NCBI GenBank assembly: GCA_004431415.1
Contig: QPMI01000651.1
Span: forward strand, 127,153 to 191,152
DNA length: 64,000 nt
Reading direction: 5' to 3'
Origin: Cyanophora paradoxa CCMP329
Lineage: Eukaryota; Plantae; Glaucophyta
Shown: positions 1 through 11,417 of the stretch, one piece after another
Numbering within the stretch: position 1 is the first letter of the stretch
How the letters are laid out: every line of letters starts with the position of its first letter
Translations under genes and position numbers: made by a program
Notes under the pieces: generated by a model
What the model was told of the DNA's origin: nothing
The model's input: only the letters and a program-made list of their open reading frames with translations
The model's database searches: none

Positions 1-1415
1 GCCGCCCGGGAGTCCCAGTGGCGCGGCGCTCCGCCCGCGTAGTAGAGCTCGCTCTGCTCTGCTGAATCTGACACAGGTTGTGCCTCGTCCCGCGGCTCGG
101 CGCCCGGCGTCGCCGCCGCAGCTACTTCCAGCGCGGCCTGCAGCTCAGCCTCGGCCTCCTGGCTCAGCTGTTCACGGAGGAAGCGCTCGTCACCATCCTG
201 TACGGCTTTCACGCGGGCCTGGAGAAGCAGTGCCCTGCGTTTCTCGTCGTCTTGCGTGCGCAGGCCCGGGTCGTAGTACTCCAAGGTCGGTCGCAGGGCG
301 ACCTGCTTGCGCCCGCGCTTCGACATCGTCTCCTGCCCCGCCGCTACCGCCGGCGTCTCCTCCGTCGGTTCGCCTTCCAAGGCGAGGAGGGTATCCTCCT
401 CCTCCCACCAGCCCTTCCCGTGCGCCCACGAGCCGTCGCACTGACTCATTTCGGGGCAGCGCGACGGAGCATTGCGCGTGCACCGGTCGTCATGGTGCCA
501 GTACTGCTTTCCTGTCCCCTGCACTGCTGTGTACGTGCTCGTCTGCCCCTCTATTTCGGGGTGCCGGCAGTGACCGTCACACCGGCAGTAGAGCCCCTCT
601 TTCTCCGCGTCGGGGTCCGCGCCCTTCGGCACCGGCACCCAGTGCTCCAGCAGGTACTCCGACGCTAGTATGCTGCCCGTCGCGGACTTGAACGTAATGA
701 CTCGCCCCACGTGGGGCTCGGCAGATTCGTCGTGCAGCTGCTCCGCCTCAAACACGGCTACGAACGCGCCCTTCGTCCACTTCACCTTCCGGGCCCCGCT
801 GGGGAGCGAGGCCATGGCTGACGCGCGCTCTCCCGCCCGCCGCATCGGGTGCCGCAGCTTCTTCCCGTCAACCGTGAGCGCGTTCGCCACCTCACGCCAC
901 CACGCAGGCTCGCTCTTCTGCAGCGTTCCCTTGGGCGCGCCCATGTACAGGTCCTGCCAGGTTCGCAAGGTCTCGCCGTCCGCTGCTGTCACCGCGTCCA
1001 TGGTCGTCACGCCCGCCCCGTAAAGGGCAGGGGCCGCGACGCTGAAGACGGCTCTTGGATGTGCATTGCCACGACGTAGCGCCGGTCGAGGCGCTCCGGG
1101 TCAGGCCAAGGCTTCGCCCCGGGCAAGGTGCGGAACGCCGCGTAGCGCGCGTGATTCGACATCAGCCGGTACTTACGGCGCTGCATCTGCGGCATGATCG
1201 CCGCCAGGGCGTTTCTGCGGGCGAGGTCGCTGGAGACGGGTGCGTTTAGGAACTCGGTCGGGAGCAGAGGCACCCCAAGCTTCTCCTGCAGCGCGCGCAC
1301 CCGGTGCCGTACAACCCGGGCCAGCAGCGAGCCCTCTGGCGCGCAGAGCCGGATCTGAGCCTCTGTGATTTGCGCCTCCGCTTGCAGGTGGGCTGTTCGT
1401 TTGAGGCTGTACCCC
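1..1415 (-). CDS. Frameshifted C-terminal continuation of LINE ORF2
   Basis: After a shift in the G run near 1412 the frame reads GYSLKRTAHLQAEAQITEAQIRL. Further plausible frames (GAGVTTMDAV..., PEIEGQTSTY...) reach the window edge. Confidence 0.6.
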
Positions 1416-4400
1416 CGTGGCTCCAGATCGCGTAATTCGTCGTCGAGGCGGCGAGGTTCCCGTGGTGCTTGACGACCCGCATCCAAATACGATCGAGTTC
1501 CTGGCACTGACTCTCGCTCAGGGTCATGAGCTTCAGGCCGTACGAGATGCGGGCCTGTACTACGGCCTCGACAAGGTAGCAGGCCTCGTTCGCGGTGAGC
1601 TTCTTGCGTTCTATCAGCGCGACTGCGCCCCGCGCCTGATCGCAGATGTACTGCCACTGACGATCCCAGTTCAGGTTTGCGCTCATGTATACCCCGAGGA
1701 GCTTGAAGTGCTCGTGGGGCTGGCGGACAAGTCCGACGGGGGTACCGTTGATCTTCGGCGGGGAGGGCTGCTTCTCCTTCTTCTTCGCGGCGGGGTGGGC
1801 CCCAGGTTTGCTCTCAACCTCGCGACGTGCGTTGTTCCACGTGAAGATCGTCTTCTTTGCGTTGACCTCGATATCGTGCAGGCGGAAGAACTCGCCGGCC
1901 ACGTCGGCCTGGGTCTGCAGCCCCCGCATGCTGCCGCTCATCCACTTCGTGTCGTCGGCGTACGCCACGCCGCTGACGCGGGCCCGGCCCTCGCGTTCCG
2001 CAGCATCGGTCTCCCTCGGGTTCCCCATCACGTACGCCGTGCCCGGCTCCTCCCAGCTCTCGGGGTGGGCATAGTGCTCTATCGTCTTTGCCGTCTTCTT
2101 TCCGTGCTGGCGCTCGTGCTGATCCAGGCGCTCTTGCGCGCAGAGGAGGGCATCGTAGAAGATCAGCCAGTGCAGCGGCGACTCGACGCCGCCCTGCGGC
2201 AGCCCGCACTCGAGCTCGAACTCGTCGGAGAGGCCGTGACCGGAGATTGCCCGCGCCCTGCGGCGCCGGAATATGTTCCTGTGGAGTTCGATGTACCCCT
2301 CGGGTACGTTTAGCCTCCGCATCGAGAGCTCCATGCTCTCCCACGAGACGGAGTCGTACGCTCGCCTGATATCCTGCAGCAGGATGTACAGGGGCTTCTT
2401 GAACTCCTTCGCGTCCTCGAGGACTGCGTTAAAGACGTGGAGGGCGTCGTCCGTCGAGCAACCAGGTCTGAAGCCGTAGTTGGCCCCTTTCAGGAGCCCG
2501 TTCTGATGGATTGTCCGGGACAGGCGCGCGTTCAGGAGGCCAGTGGTCAGCTTCAGGGCCACCTCCTGCAGGGTGATCGGTCGCAGGTTATTTTCGATAT
2601 CCCCGTCCCACTCCCGGCTCTTAGTAATGCCGAGGATGTTGCCCTGACACACGGCGTCCGGCAGGTCCCGGAGGCGGATCGCTTCAGCCACCAGCGAGAG
2701 CAGCAGCTTCCGGCCCCAGTGTACGGGCTCCGCTTCCGTGGCCTCCTCGGCGCTCTCGTCGGCTGGGCTCGGGCCCTCCGGCGCTGGGCCACCGGCCTCG
2801 TCGCCCTTCCCGTCTTTGGGCTTCGGCTTGGGCACCGGCGCCCATAGGAACTTCACCATAGCATATGAGAAGTTCGACGGCCCGGCTGCCGTGTTTCTTA
2901 GCGTTTTAATGTAGTCGCCGAGCTCGCCTTCGTTCGGCACCGACATGTCGTTTCGGAATAGTGCAGGGTCCGCGTATGCTTTTGGCTCGTATTCCAGCCT
3001 CCAGAAGTCGATCAGTTCTTTCCCCATGCTATCCTTCAGCGCACTTTCCGGTATTGTCTCTGGGGTGCAGCCCACGCGTGGGCGTCGGCGTCGGCACCAT
3101 TTCCGCCAGTGCTCTTTTAGGAGTCGTTTCACTTCCTCAGGCTCCGTGTAGATTTCATACGTTTTTCCGTCCTTGGATACACGCGTGATGTGCATGATCG
3201 GGCGGTTCCGCGGCTTTTCTAGCACCGCGGCTATATAGGATCCGAGCTGGCGGCCGTCCATGAACTTGTCTAGCCTCTCTTTTAATGCCCTCTCAACGTC
3301 CTCCGCCTGGAGCGCCCGGCGGATTTTCTGCAGGTCGTGCCGCGTCCGGTTTCGCCATACTTTCAGCTCCCGGAAGAAGGTCGCCCAGTCTTCTTTGAGC
3401 TGCCGCCGGTGCATCTCGGCCCAGTCCTCTTGCTGATCAGCCGCGGGGGGTACGGCTGGAACCGGCGCGGGGCTACCGCTGCGCGAGCCTTGTGAGCTGT
3501 GCGAGCTCGAGTGCGCATACGGGGATCCGGGCGGCGGTGAGCCTTGTTCAGCCCTCGCTTGGCGCCGTTCAGCCGGACGGAGCGGGAAGGGTCGGAGACC
3601 TTCCCTGGCGGTCACGTAGTGCAGCAGCTTCTCGATCGCCTGGACCGTCAGCTCCGACGGGATCCCGCCTGGTTCCTTCCTCCAGGCAGCGAGAATGCGG
3701 GCAACTCTGGCGTCGGCCTTCGCCTGCCACGGCAGGTTGCGCGGCTTGGTCGGCTTCCCCCCTCGGCCCCTCATGCATAGATGTTCCTTTGCCACCTCCT
3801 GAACAAGGCTCGCGCTCGCAGCGTGGATGCGGCTCAGTCGCTCGAGACGCTCTTCCGGCGTGCCCTCGCCGACGGCGTCGAGGTCCGCCCCGACGGCTTC
3901 GCCGAGCTGCCTGTTTAGCTCTCTTTTCAGCTCATCTTTTTCGTTTTGTGTGCGCTTCAGGCCGTCCGGGTCAAACACTGGTGGCCCGGGTTTCGGTTCT
4001 GGCTTCGGTCCCACCGGCGCTGTCATGCCCGCCTCCTTCAGGTCGAAGTCCGCGAACGCTGGATAGTGGTCTGAGTCGTGCGGCGCATCGACCCACGCGG
4101 GGCACGTGTGCGCGCTGAGGAGCGCGTGATCCAGTGATTCCGAGACCAGCACTGCATCGATGCGCGCCGCGTGCCAGAGCGCGTCTTTTGGTAGGTCAGC
4201 CGGCGTTTCCTCCTCGGCTTCGCGTTCCGCGCCCTCTGACTCGTCTACTCCGTCTGACGGTACAGGTGCCACCGCCGCCCCGACCGACGCTCCTTGGCCC
4301 TTGCTTCCGTGCGGGGTGCGGTGCGTGATCTCGCGTGCTCCGCAGAGAGTTCCGTCATCATGTTTCGCCGCGTGTGACATCCCGGCGTCGCGCAGGTCCC

Positions 4401-5061
4401 ACGAGTCGATCATCGTGTGCCACCACTTCCGTTCGGCTTTGTGGCTCTGGGCCAGGGCGCCGTTTCGGATGCGTGAGCTCGACGGGACCGGGACCGAGTT
4501 CCAGTCTCCCAGGAGCAGCAGGTGCGCGTTGTCACGCTCGTAGAAGTCGTCGTACATCTTCGTCAGTTCTTCAACGACCTTCTCCTGATCCTGGCGGTGC
4601 GCAGCTTTGCTCTCGGTCGCGGGCATGTACACGCTCGCCACGAAGAGCTGGAGGTTCCCTTTGAAGCGGAGCTCGAACCCGATCAGCCGGCCCTGGACCT
4701 CGTACTTCGTCGTGAGGTGCTTGACCCATTGCGGCGCGACCCAGAGAGCGGCGCCGCTCCCTCGCGTTCCGTCTCCTGATTTTAGCGTGTACAGGAGCTT
4801 TCCGTGCGTTATCGCGCCTTCCGGCTGGAGCGGGTCCTCCCCTCTCGACCTCAGGGCGGCGGCCATCTGGGGCTTTGTCATCGACAGCTCCTGCACGCCC
4901 GCTACATCGACATCCCAGCGGCAGCAGAACTCTTCTAGCTGCTGCAGCTTGTAGGCGCTGGAGCCTCTCGTGTTGAAGGTCATGGTCCTCAGCACCCCGT
5001 CCGGTTTCTGCTTCCTGATAGCCGGTTCGTCCCCTATGAAGTCGCCACCTTCGGGAAACAT
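1246..5061 (-). CDS. LINE ORF2: APE endonuclease + reverse transcriptase
   Basis: APE motifs TFNTRG, GVQE, GDWN, RIDAVL, SDHYP; RT motifs RPITL, GFRPG, DIRRAYDSV, GLPQG, YADD, LLGV. The true start is probably MKKKTK at 5267 (1-nt shift in a C run near 5066). The C-terminus continues through further shifts. Confidence 0.93.
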   Translation of the reverse strand: MFPEGGDFIGDEPAIRKQKPDGVLRTMTFNTRGSSAYKLQQLEEFCCRWDVDVAGVQELSMTKPQMAAALRSRGEDPLQPEGAITHGKLLYTLKSGDGTRGSGAALWVAPQWVKHLTTKYEVQGRLIGFELRFKGNLQLFVASVYMPATESKAAHRQDQEKVVEELTKMYDDFYERDNAHLLLLGDWNSVPVPSSSRIRNGALAQSHKAERKWWHTMIDSWDLRDAGMSHAAKHDDGTLCGAREITHRTPHGSKGQGASVGAAVAPVPSDGVDESEGAEREAEEETPADLPKDALWHAARIDAVLVSESLDHALLSAHTCPAWVDAPHDSDHYPAFADFDLKEAGMTAPVGPKPEPKPGPPVFDPDGLKRTQNEKDELKRELNRQLGEAVGADLDAVGEGTPEERLERLSRIHAASASLVQEVAKEHLCMRGRGGKPTKPRNLPWQAKADARVARILAAWRKEPGGIPSELTVQAIEKLLHYVTAREGLRPFPLRPAERRQARAEQGSPPPGSPYAHSSSHSSQGSRSGSPAPVPAVPPAADQQEDWAEMHRRQLKEDWATFFRELKVWRNRTRHDLQKIRRALQAEDVERALKERLDKFMDGRQLGSYIAAVLEKPRNRPIMHITRVSKDGKTYEIYTEPEEVKRLLKEHWRKWCRRRRPRVGCTPETIPESALKDSMGKELIDFWRLEYEPKAYADPALFRNDMSVPNEGELGDYIKTLRNTAAGPSNFSYAMVKFLWAPVPKPKPKDGKGDEAGGPAPEGPSPADESAEEATEAEPVHWGRKLLLSLVAEAIRLRDLPDAVCQGNILGITKSREWDGDIENNLRPITLQEVALKLTTGLLNARLSRTIHQNGLLKGANYGFRPGCSTDDALHVFNAVLEDAKEFKKPLYILLQDIRRAYDSVSWESMELSMRRLNVPEGYIELHRNIFRRRRARAISGHGLSDEFELECGLPQGGVESPLHWLIFYDALLCAQERLDQHERQHGKKTAKTIEHYAHPESWEEPGTAYVMGNPRETDAAEREGRARVSGVAYADDTKWMSGSMRGLQTQADVAGEFFRLHDIEVNAKKTIFTWNNARREVESKPGAHPAAKKKEKQPSPPKINGTPVGLVRQPHEHFKLLGVYMSANLNWDRQWQYICDQARGAVALIERKKLTANEACYLVEAVVQARISYGLKLMTLSESQCQELDRIWMRVVKHHGNLAASTTNYAIWSHGGTASNEQPTCKRRRKSQRLRSGSARQRARCWPGLYGTGCARCRRSLGCLCSRPSS

Positions 5062-5263
5062 GCTAGGGGGAAGACGTTCTCCAGCCGAAGCGTCGCGGCC
5101 GCCTGCCCAGATCCCGCGGGCGCCGCGCCCGCCGCCTTGTTGTTCAGCTGCAGCTTGGTCGCATTTTGTTTCTTTTGGCCCGTTGGCTTGCTGCCGGGCG
5201 CCTTAGGTTTTGGAGCTGCTTTTGGTGCCGCGGGGGCCGCGGCCGCAGATTTAGTTTTCTTTT

Positions 5264-8200
5264 TCATTTGGGTACAGTACAGTTGTTGACGTTGTGTACC
5301 ATCCCAGTGCCCTTGTGCACGCGCACTGGAAGACAATCTTCAGCATGGCGGTTTATCGAATCAAGGGCGGGAAAGCTACAGACAAGTGTTCTGTGGGTAA
5401 AGGGGCTCTCACTGGAGCACTGGGGACTATGGCTGTAGCTAGGCCTACTGCGGCAGCGGTCGCTTGCCAAGGGAAGTCGGGCGGAGGCCAGCAGCGCCGG
5501 CTTGCATAATTTGGTCGTACATGCGCTGGTGTGCCGGGACTTCGCGCGCCGCACGAACCGCCCGGCGGGGCTGCTGGCTCGCAGTGGCCTGGGCCACCGG
5601 TTGCTGCCGGACTTGCTCGGCGTCGAAGGCGCGGCCGCAGAGGGGGTAGCCCTTGAAGTCGTGGTGGAACGTGAAGCCCCGCTGCGCCACTCGCACCGCC
5701 ACCGCCTGCGCCAGGCCGTCCGTTGGCGAGCTGCAGCGCTCGCACGGGAATGGCTGCGCGCAGGTCTGGTCAGCTCTTGCGATCGATCATGCATGCAAAG
5801 TGCCCCACTGACCTCGTACGGGATGACGACGAATCGGTTCGCCAGGAGGACGCCGCCGATCCCTGGGAGGGGCACGGGGGTCGCCGGGGCCACCAGCTTC
5901 TCCGCTACCTGTGCCGGCGAGCTCCCCGGCCGGCCCTCGCCACAGAGCTCGTAGGCCTTCTTCACCAGGTCGATTGGCGCCGCCACCGTGTTCGCCGTTC
6001 CCGGGCCGAAGAAGCGGGCTGCAACTTGCGGCTGCTTCGCGGGGCTTACTTCAAGGTGGACGAACGGGGAGCGCGCCCAGTTCGTCGTCGTGAAGTACAG
6101 GCTCGGCTTGCCGTACGACTGGCCCGTTGGCTGGGGGGTGGAGGTGACCAGCGCGTTCTCGGCCTTGCAATGGCCGGGCCAGACGACTCGGGTCTGCGCG
6201 TTCGCTGTGAGCGCCTGCCTTCGCCGAAATGCTGTGAAGGAGGAGGGCTCGTGCACCGTCCCGAGGCCTTTGAGGATCGCGGCAAAGTTCTCGTCGGCCA
6301 GGTTCATCGTCGAGGGGACGTGCAGCATCGTGAAGTGCTGTGCGCGCTCCATCCGTGCCGGCGGAGCAGTGCCTCGGATCAGATTCAGCATGATGCGCTG
6401 CTCCGGCCACGGGTGCATGCCAGCGAGCTTGTCGACCAGGTCCTGGGATGGGGGCACCGCGAACACAACCTGCGCCCCGGCGTTCGCAGCGGGCCGCGCG
6501 TCCGGCATCGCCCTGGCTAGCTGAGGGCGGCGCACTCGGTTTGTGGTATGCAGTGCTTGGATGCTGTTCGGTTTCTTGTCCCGCTCGGGGCCGCGCTCCG
6601 CGAATACGGCGATCTCGGATATCAGGTAGCCGCGCTCCTTCTTGAACGTTGCAGCGGTTTGCCGCATCTCCGCTTTGATGATGCTCTCGACCTTGCGGAC
6701 CACTTTGCCTTCGGGGATGTCAGGCGGCAGGTCGATAGCCTGCACCGTGACCAAGGTTTCAGCGCAAGCACACCGCGGCCTTCGTTTATGCTTGGTTGTT
6801 CCTTCTTTTAGGGGCGGTGGCGAGCTTACCTGCATCACGAACTTGTTGAGCCCCGTGCGCTTCTTGTCGTATCGGGGGAGGAAGTGCGCGAAGGATTCGG
6901 GCCGGCCGCCCTTGACAGCCGGCAAACGGAGCGAGTCGGGGTCCGTGCGGTGCAGGGCGAGGAACGCCTGGTAGGAGCGCTGGTCCGACGCGTTCAACTC
7001 GAAGACTGAGTGGTCGCCGGCCACCGTGAGCTTGCGGCTGTTTGGATCATGATTGAGCCGACCCTTGTGCTTCTGGAGCACGCCCTTCAAGTGCTCCTTC
7101 GCCTTGGTTACCGCTTCCGGGGCGTAGACGTCCCCGGCAGCAGTGACGCCCGCTGCAGCAGCCACGTCCTCATACTTGATCTCCAATCGGAAGGTAAGAG
7201 GATCCTCGATGATGTCAGGGCAGTCTTTCTGGACCCACAGGCTTGACGGGCCAGCGGCGGGCGCGGCGGGCGATGCTCCACGGTTCGCTGTCGCGCTTTC
7301 TCGAGTTGGGGGGCGCTCGCTACCCGCAAAAACCCGGTAAGCAACTGCGTGCTGTTGTAGATCTAATCGCACGTTCGTGCACCTGCTGCCGGGTGTCGGG
7401 CCACGCTGGCCGTCCGCCGCCGCCGCCGCCGCCGAGCCCGAGGCGCCGCCGCTGCGTTCCGGTTCAGGGCCGCCTTCTGTACAGCATCTACATGTATGAG
7501 ATGCGCACGGTGGAACCAGTGGTACGTTCAGGTTGAGCGGGTCCTGTTCCAGCTCGCTGGCGATGTCGGCGAGTTCCTTGTCTGCAGACGCGCAAGGCAT
7601 CTCAGCGTCCATCAGATACGCATGATCATGAGTGTTCAGCGCACCGGCAGCCTCCACCGCTTTCGGGTGCTTGGCTCGGATCTCATTCTCTATCTTGCCG
7701 CTGATCTCGCCCACGATGTCGCGGTTGATGTTGAACTCGCGGGCGATCGTGTCCAGCGACTCGCTGAGCGAGATGCCCAGCGTGTTGGAGCCATTCCGAA
7801 GGTACTGCGCATAGGAGTTGCTGTAGTCTTCCGCTGCTAGGTGGCGCCAGAGAGGCGACGTTGCCGCTACGTGCGTAACGATCGTGCCTACTGGTGCTGT
7901 TGGATTACTGCCGGCGTACTCGCCAACGACCTTGGCAATGACTTCGGCTGCCGCTGAGGACGCTCCTGTTTCGATGAACGCTGTGCGCGGCGTCTTTGCC
8001 GGCGGCTCCTCGCTCGACTCGCGGTCCGAGATGCGCACACGCGACAGGCCGAGAGTCGGGCTGGGCGCGCTCTGACTGTCATCGGTGCTGCCGATTGCAG
8101 CGATAGCCGCTGCGTTCGCAGCTGCGATGTCCGTTGTACCGAGTTCATCGAGATCCAGGCCGTCATACGCGTTGTGGACAGGGATCGGCGGCGCTGGGCC

Positions 8201-8770
8201 AGCTCCCGCGGCGGTGAATGGATTCTGCTGCTGCGCAACGAAGACGCGAGCGTCATCGTGCAGAATCAGAGACAGAGATTCGCTAGCGTCACTAGAGCTT
8301 CTTGCAGGGGCACGGCCAGGGCGCCGGCAGGGACTGTTCGGACTGGAATGGATCGGCACCGTTCGCAGAGTAGGCACGACTGAATCGCCGGAGCTTGACC
8401 CGGGTCCGGGAAAAGCTCGATCGGCGAAGGGACATTCCGAATCACGACTCGAAAGTCGGAGATCAAATTCCGTGGGCGCCCGGCGGGCCTCCGAGCAAAA
8501 TCCAAATTCCCGGCGGGCCGAACGACGAAACGCGGCGACGGAGGGGTGTTTTTGAGAGTTAGAGCTATAGCTAGCGCTAGAAGGCAGGTGTGGTCCCGGC
8601 GCCGCCAGTGCAAGGGATTCGGTGGCGAGGGCGAGGGAAAATTTGAAACTTTTTATCTGGGCGCAAGGCACGCGCCAGAGGGCTTCCCCTGGGCGCAGAC
8701 AGCTTCTATTCCATAGATTTGGTGGCGAATGGTCCGGATTTAAAGCGAAACGTGAGAGGACGGCCGGCAT
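5264..8770 (-). CDS. LINE ORF1-like protein (start uncertain, probable frameshift near 5770)
   Basis: ORF of over 1,100 codons directly upstream of ORF2 on the same strand. An alternative frame near the end is Cys/His-rich (CAQPFPCERC...HHDFKGYPLC). Confidence 0.7.
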   Translation of the reverse strand: MPAVLSRFALNPDHSPPNLWNRSCLRPGEALWRVPCAQIKSFKFSLALATESLALAAPGPHLPSSASYSSNSQKHPSVAAFRRSARREFGFCSEARRAPTEFDLRLSSRDSECPFADRAFPGPGSSSGDSVVPTLRTVPIHSSPNSPCRRPGRAPARSSSDASESLSLILHDDARVFVAQQQNPFTAAGAGPAPPIPVHNAYDGLDLDELGTTDIAAANAAAIAAIGSTDDSQSAPSPTLGLSRVRISDRESSEEPPAKTPRTAFIETGASSAAAEVIAKVVGEYAGSNPTAPVGTIVTHVAATSPLWRHLAAEDYSNSYAQYLRNGSNTLGISLSESLDTIAREFNINRDIVGEISGKIENEIRAKHPKAVEAAGALNTHDHAYLMDAEMPCASADKELADIASELEQDPLNLNVPLVPPCASHTCRCCTEGGPEPERSGGASGSAAAAAADGQRGPTPGSRCTNVRLDLQQHAVAYRVFAGSERPPTRESATANRGASPAAPAAGPSSLWVQKDCPDIIEDPLTFRLEIKYEDVAAAAGVTAAGDVYAPEAVTKAKEHLKGVLQKHKGRLNHDPNSRKLTVAGDHSVFELNASDQRSYQAFLALHRTDPDSLRLPAVKGGRPESFAHFLPRYDKKRTGLNKFVMQVSSPPPLKEGTTKHKRRPRCACAETLVTVQAIDLPPDIPEGKVVRKVESIIKAEMRQTAATFKKERGYLISEIAVFAERGPERDKKPNSIQALHTTNRVRRPQLARAMPDARPAANAGAQVVFAVPPSQDLVDKLAGMHPWPEQRIMLNLIRGTAPPARMERAQHFTMLHVPSTMNLADENFAAILKGLGTVHEPSSFTAFRRRQALTANAQTRVVWPGHCKAENALVTSTPQPTGQSYGKPSLYFTTTNWARSPFVHLEVSPAKQPQVAARFFGPGTANTVAAPIDLVKKAYELCGEGRPGSSPAQVAEKLVAPATPVPLPGIGGVLLANRFVVIPYEVSGALCMHDRSQELTRPARSHSRASAAARQRTAWRRRWRCEWRSGASRSTTTSRATPSAAAPSTPSKSGSNRWPRPLRASSPAGRFVRRAKSRHTSACTTKLCKPALLASARLPLASDRCRSRPSYSHSPQCSSESPFTHRTLVCSFPALDSINRHAEDCLPVRVHKGTGMVHNVNNCTVPK

Positions 8771-10130
8771 ACCTCCATCTCCGGAATTCCGTTGATTTCG
8801 GTATCACCAGGCTCGCCAGAGGCTACCGAGTGCTTCTGTGCTGTCCGCTGGTCCTCCCGCGCTTTTGCACGAGCAGGAAAGAAGTTCTAAGGAAGCCCCT
8901 TTTTTTCGGGGTACACGAAGAATCCCCCCAAGTCCAGCAAGCTGAAACCGGGGCGCGCGCTGTGACGTCGACCGGGCGCCGGGCCCCCGGCCGCGGGCCC
9001 GCGCGCCTGTACATGTGCCGGCCGCGGCGCGGCGCGCGCGGCGCGCGCCGTCGACGTCACGCGTACGCGCACGCGTGGCGCGCGCCATGATGATGCGCAG
9101 CTGCGCATGCAGCTAGCTGCGCATCATGGCATGCGCACTAGCGCTGGCCACAGTGGCCAGGCCCGGCCGCCGTGACCGCCGGGCCGGCCCAGACCGGCCC
9201 CCGGCGCCGGCGCCGGCGCGGCGCGTGGCGCTGGGCGGCGCCGGCGCCGACGCGCGCGCAAGTCCAGCAAGCCGCTAGCCGGAGCTCAGCTAATTGGCCA
9301 GCTAGCGAGCCTGTCGGCTAGCCTGCCGGCTTCAGGCACGGGTACTGAAACACGAATTCCACAAACTCGCAGGAGCTGTTTTTTTCGGCATCCGGTACAA
9401 CAGGTACTTGATGCGGCCTATAGCTAGCGCGCCACGCGCTGCTTCCCGAGCACTCGCATGTATGACAAGCTCTGTAGCGCATCGCAATAGCTTTCTTATG
9501 CACTTGGTCTGGCCCCTATACGACCACAGGATCAGGCGCTGCAGCTGCAAGGGATAGTCCAGGAAAGGCTCTAGATCTGCAGCTGGTCCTTTTTTCCGCG
9601 CAGCTGCAGCATTCCGCTCTTTCCGGGTTCTGACAACGAATTCGGGGCTCTCTTGCATGCACTAACACTGGGTTAAGAGCTCGGAGCTGGATCGGGAGAT
9701 GAGCAGACTCGTCATTTTGTGAGTTACCGAAAACGGGGGCCCTATACCCCGTTTCCAAAACCGGCCGATCCGGGCTGGGCCGGACTCGAACCCTAGCTAG
9801 CTAGCTAGCTTGCTGCGCATGCGCGCATGCGTTCGAATGCTATAGCTAGCAAGCGCGCCGCGTGCGTCTTGCGCCGGCGCGCACGCGGGAAACAAAGAGA
9901 ACGTACCGCCGGGTCAGATCAAGCCTGTGACTGCGCCGTCCTTGAGCTCGAGCGCGATCTTCGAGAAGCTAGCTATATATAGCTGGTCGGGTGCCCGATC
10001 GCGAGCAGGCAGCTCCCCGCGCTGATGCGCTTCCGAAAGCTAGTGCCGGTGCGTAGAGATCGCGCCGGCTCGCGCCGCCGGGAGAGCTAGCTAACGGAGT
10101 CGCCGCGCGTCAGGTCCGCGGTGCCTGCCC

Positions 10131-11300
10131 TTGGTCACGCCCGGGCGGCTGTCCATGGCCACCAGCAGCGACGGCGCAGCGCCGCAGCCGATCGACATCA
10201 GGGCATCGAGTAGCGTCGCAGAGACTCGTTGCGCACGCCCCCTAAGTGTGGAAGCGCCTCCACGTCCGTCTGACTTGCGTACGCGCACTGCGGCACGTAC
10301 GTGCGCGACTCGCCGCACAGCGCGCCCTGGCGGCGGCTCCGCGAGATGCGAGGCGGACTTCTTCTTACTTCTGAGCCCGAGCTCGAGTGCGCGCTGGCTC
10401 CCCGCCCCGCCCCCGCCCCGGCCCGCGCCCCCGCCCCGCGCCCCGCGCCACCGGCTCTCACATAGCTCCTCTTTGAACAGCTGGAGGCGGCGCAGCAAAA
10501 CAGAACGAGGGCGGGGCGCTCGTGCCCGCCGCGGCTCCGGCTTCAGCCAGCAGCGCCCCGGCTCCGGCTCCAGCCAGCAGCGCCCTGGTGTGCGCCAGGT
10601 CCAGCGGGCAGCTCGTCGTGACAGGTCCCGCGCCCGCGTCGTGCGGCGTCTTCCAGAACGGCGTCGTGCCGGAGAGCTGCCCCTTCGCCCTGCCGCCCGA
10701 TCTCGTCAGAATGGCAAGGGGAGCCGCGGACGTGATGAAGATGCACCCGGAGTACAGGTACTCCAGCGACAACTTGTACAACGTGAAAATCTCCAAGCTC
10801 AGCTTGCCTGGCTTCGACTCGGCGAGAAGATGCAGCGCAAGTTAGCTATAGGGCACGGCGTCACAATGAAAGGCGCGGTGGAGCTCGAGGCGGCACCTGC
10901 TCTTGTGTACCAGCTGCTCACGGAGCTCGAGAGCGAGAGGGCCAACAGCAAGTACCTGCTGGAAGAAATCAGCGGCCGCGACGCCGCCCTGCAGCTGGAG
11001 CAGCTGAAGATCCAGCTTCTGCACGCAGGGCCACGCCCGCCCCTACCCCTCTTCGCACCCGTACCCCAAACCATGCAGCCGGCTCAGCCCGTCCAGATGA
11101 TGACGGCTCCGCCCGTTGAGCTCCGAGGAACGAAGCGGGACCGCGTGGATGGAGACGTCCGAGGCGGCTCCAAGAGGGGCCGCGGGTGGGGAGGAGGTAC
11201 CCCTCCAGAACAACCAGGAGAAGAGCTCAAGGACGTCGACGCAGAAGTACTAGTCACACGAGAACGACGAGGAGCACGGCTGCGGGGACGCAGCGAATAA
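10131..11300 (+). CDS. Possible spliced host or transposon gene, unknown product
   Basis: Intron-like GT...C-rich...CTCAC..TAG segment at about 10387-10464, followed by a coiled-coil-like coding stretch. Exon structure is not resolved. Confidence 0.3.
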   Translation: MVTPGRLSMATSSDGAAPQPIDIRASSSVAETRCARPLSVEAPPRPSDLRTRTAARTCATRRTARPGGGSARCEADFFLLLSPSSSARWLPAPPPPRPAPPPRAPRHRLSHSSSLNSWRRRSKTERGRGARARRGSGFSQQRPGSGSSQQRPGVRQVQRAARRDRSRARVVRRLPERRRAGELPLRPAARSRQNGKGSRGRDEDAPGVQVLQRQLVQRENLQAQLAWLRLGEKMQRKLAIGHGVTMKGAVELEAAPALVYQLLTELESERANSKYLLEEISGRDAALQLEQLKIQLLHAGPRPPLPLFAPVPQTMQPAQPVQMMTAPPVELRGTKRDRVDGDVRGGSKRGRGWGGGTPPEQPGEELKDVDAEVLVTRERRGARLRGRSE

Positions 11301-11417
11301 GGAGAACGAGCACGACTCGGCGAGGAACTACGTAGTACGTATACAGTCGAAGACGAAGATCTAATGATTCTTGTAAAGTCCCATTTTTGGGGTTATTGTT
11401 AATTCCGAAGTTCCATC

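Larger units (their letters stand above)
1..8770 (-). mobile_element. Non-LTR (LINE) retrotransposon, 3' part runs off the window
   Basis: Large ORF1 followed by ORF2 with APE endonuclease and RT motifs. The 5' boundary is approximate and no 3' tail or TSD is visible. Confidence 0.9.

Noticed and set aside
78-8613. Numerous plus-strand and nested ORFs over the LINE
   Set aside because: These are antisense or alternative-frame shadows expected in GC-rich coding DNA.
8700-8900. Self-cleaving ribozyme at the LINE 5' end
   Set aside because: I could not build a convincing HDV-like or hammerhead core by eye; an Infernal search would be needed.
10380-10470. Naming the host from its intron style (GC-rich alga-like)
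   Set aside because: One intron-like segment and base composition are not enough to identify the organism.
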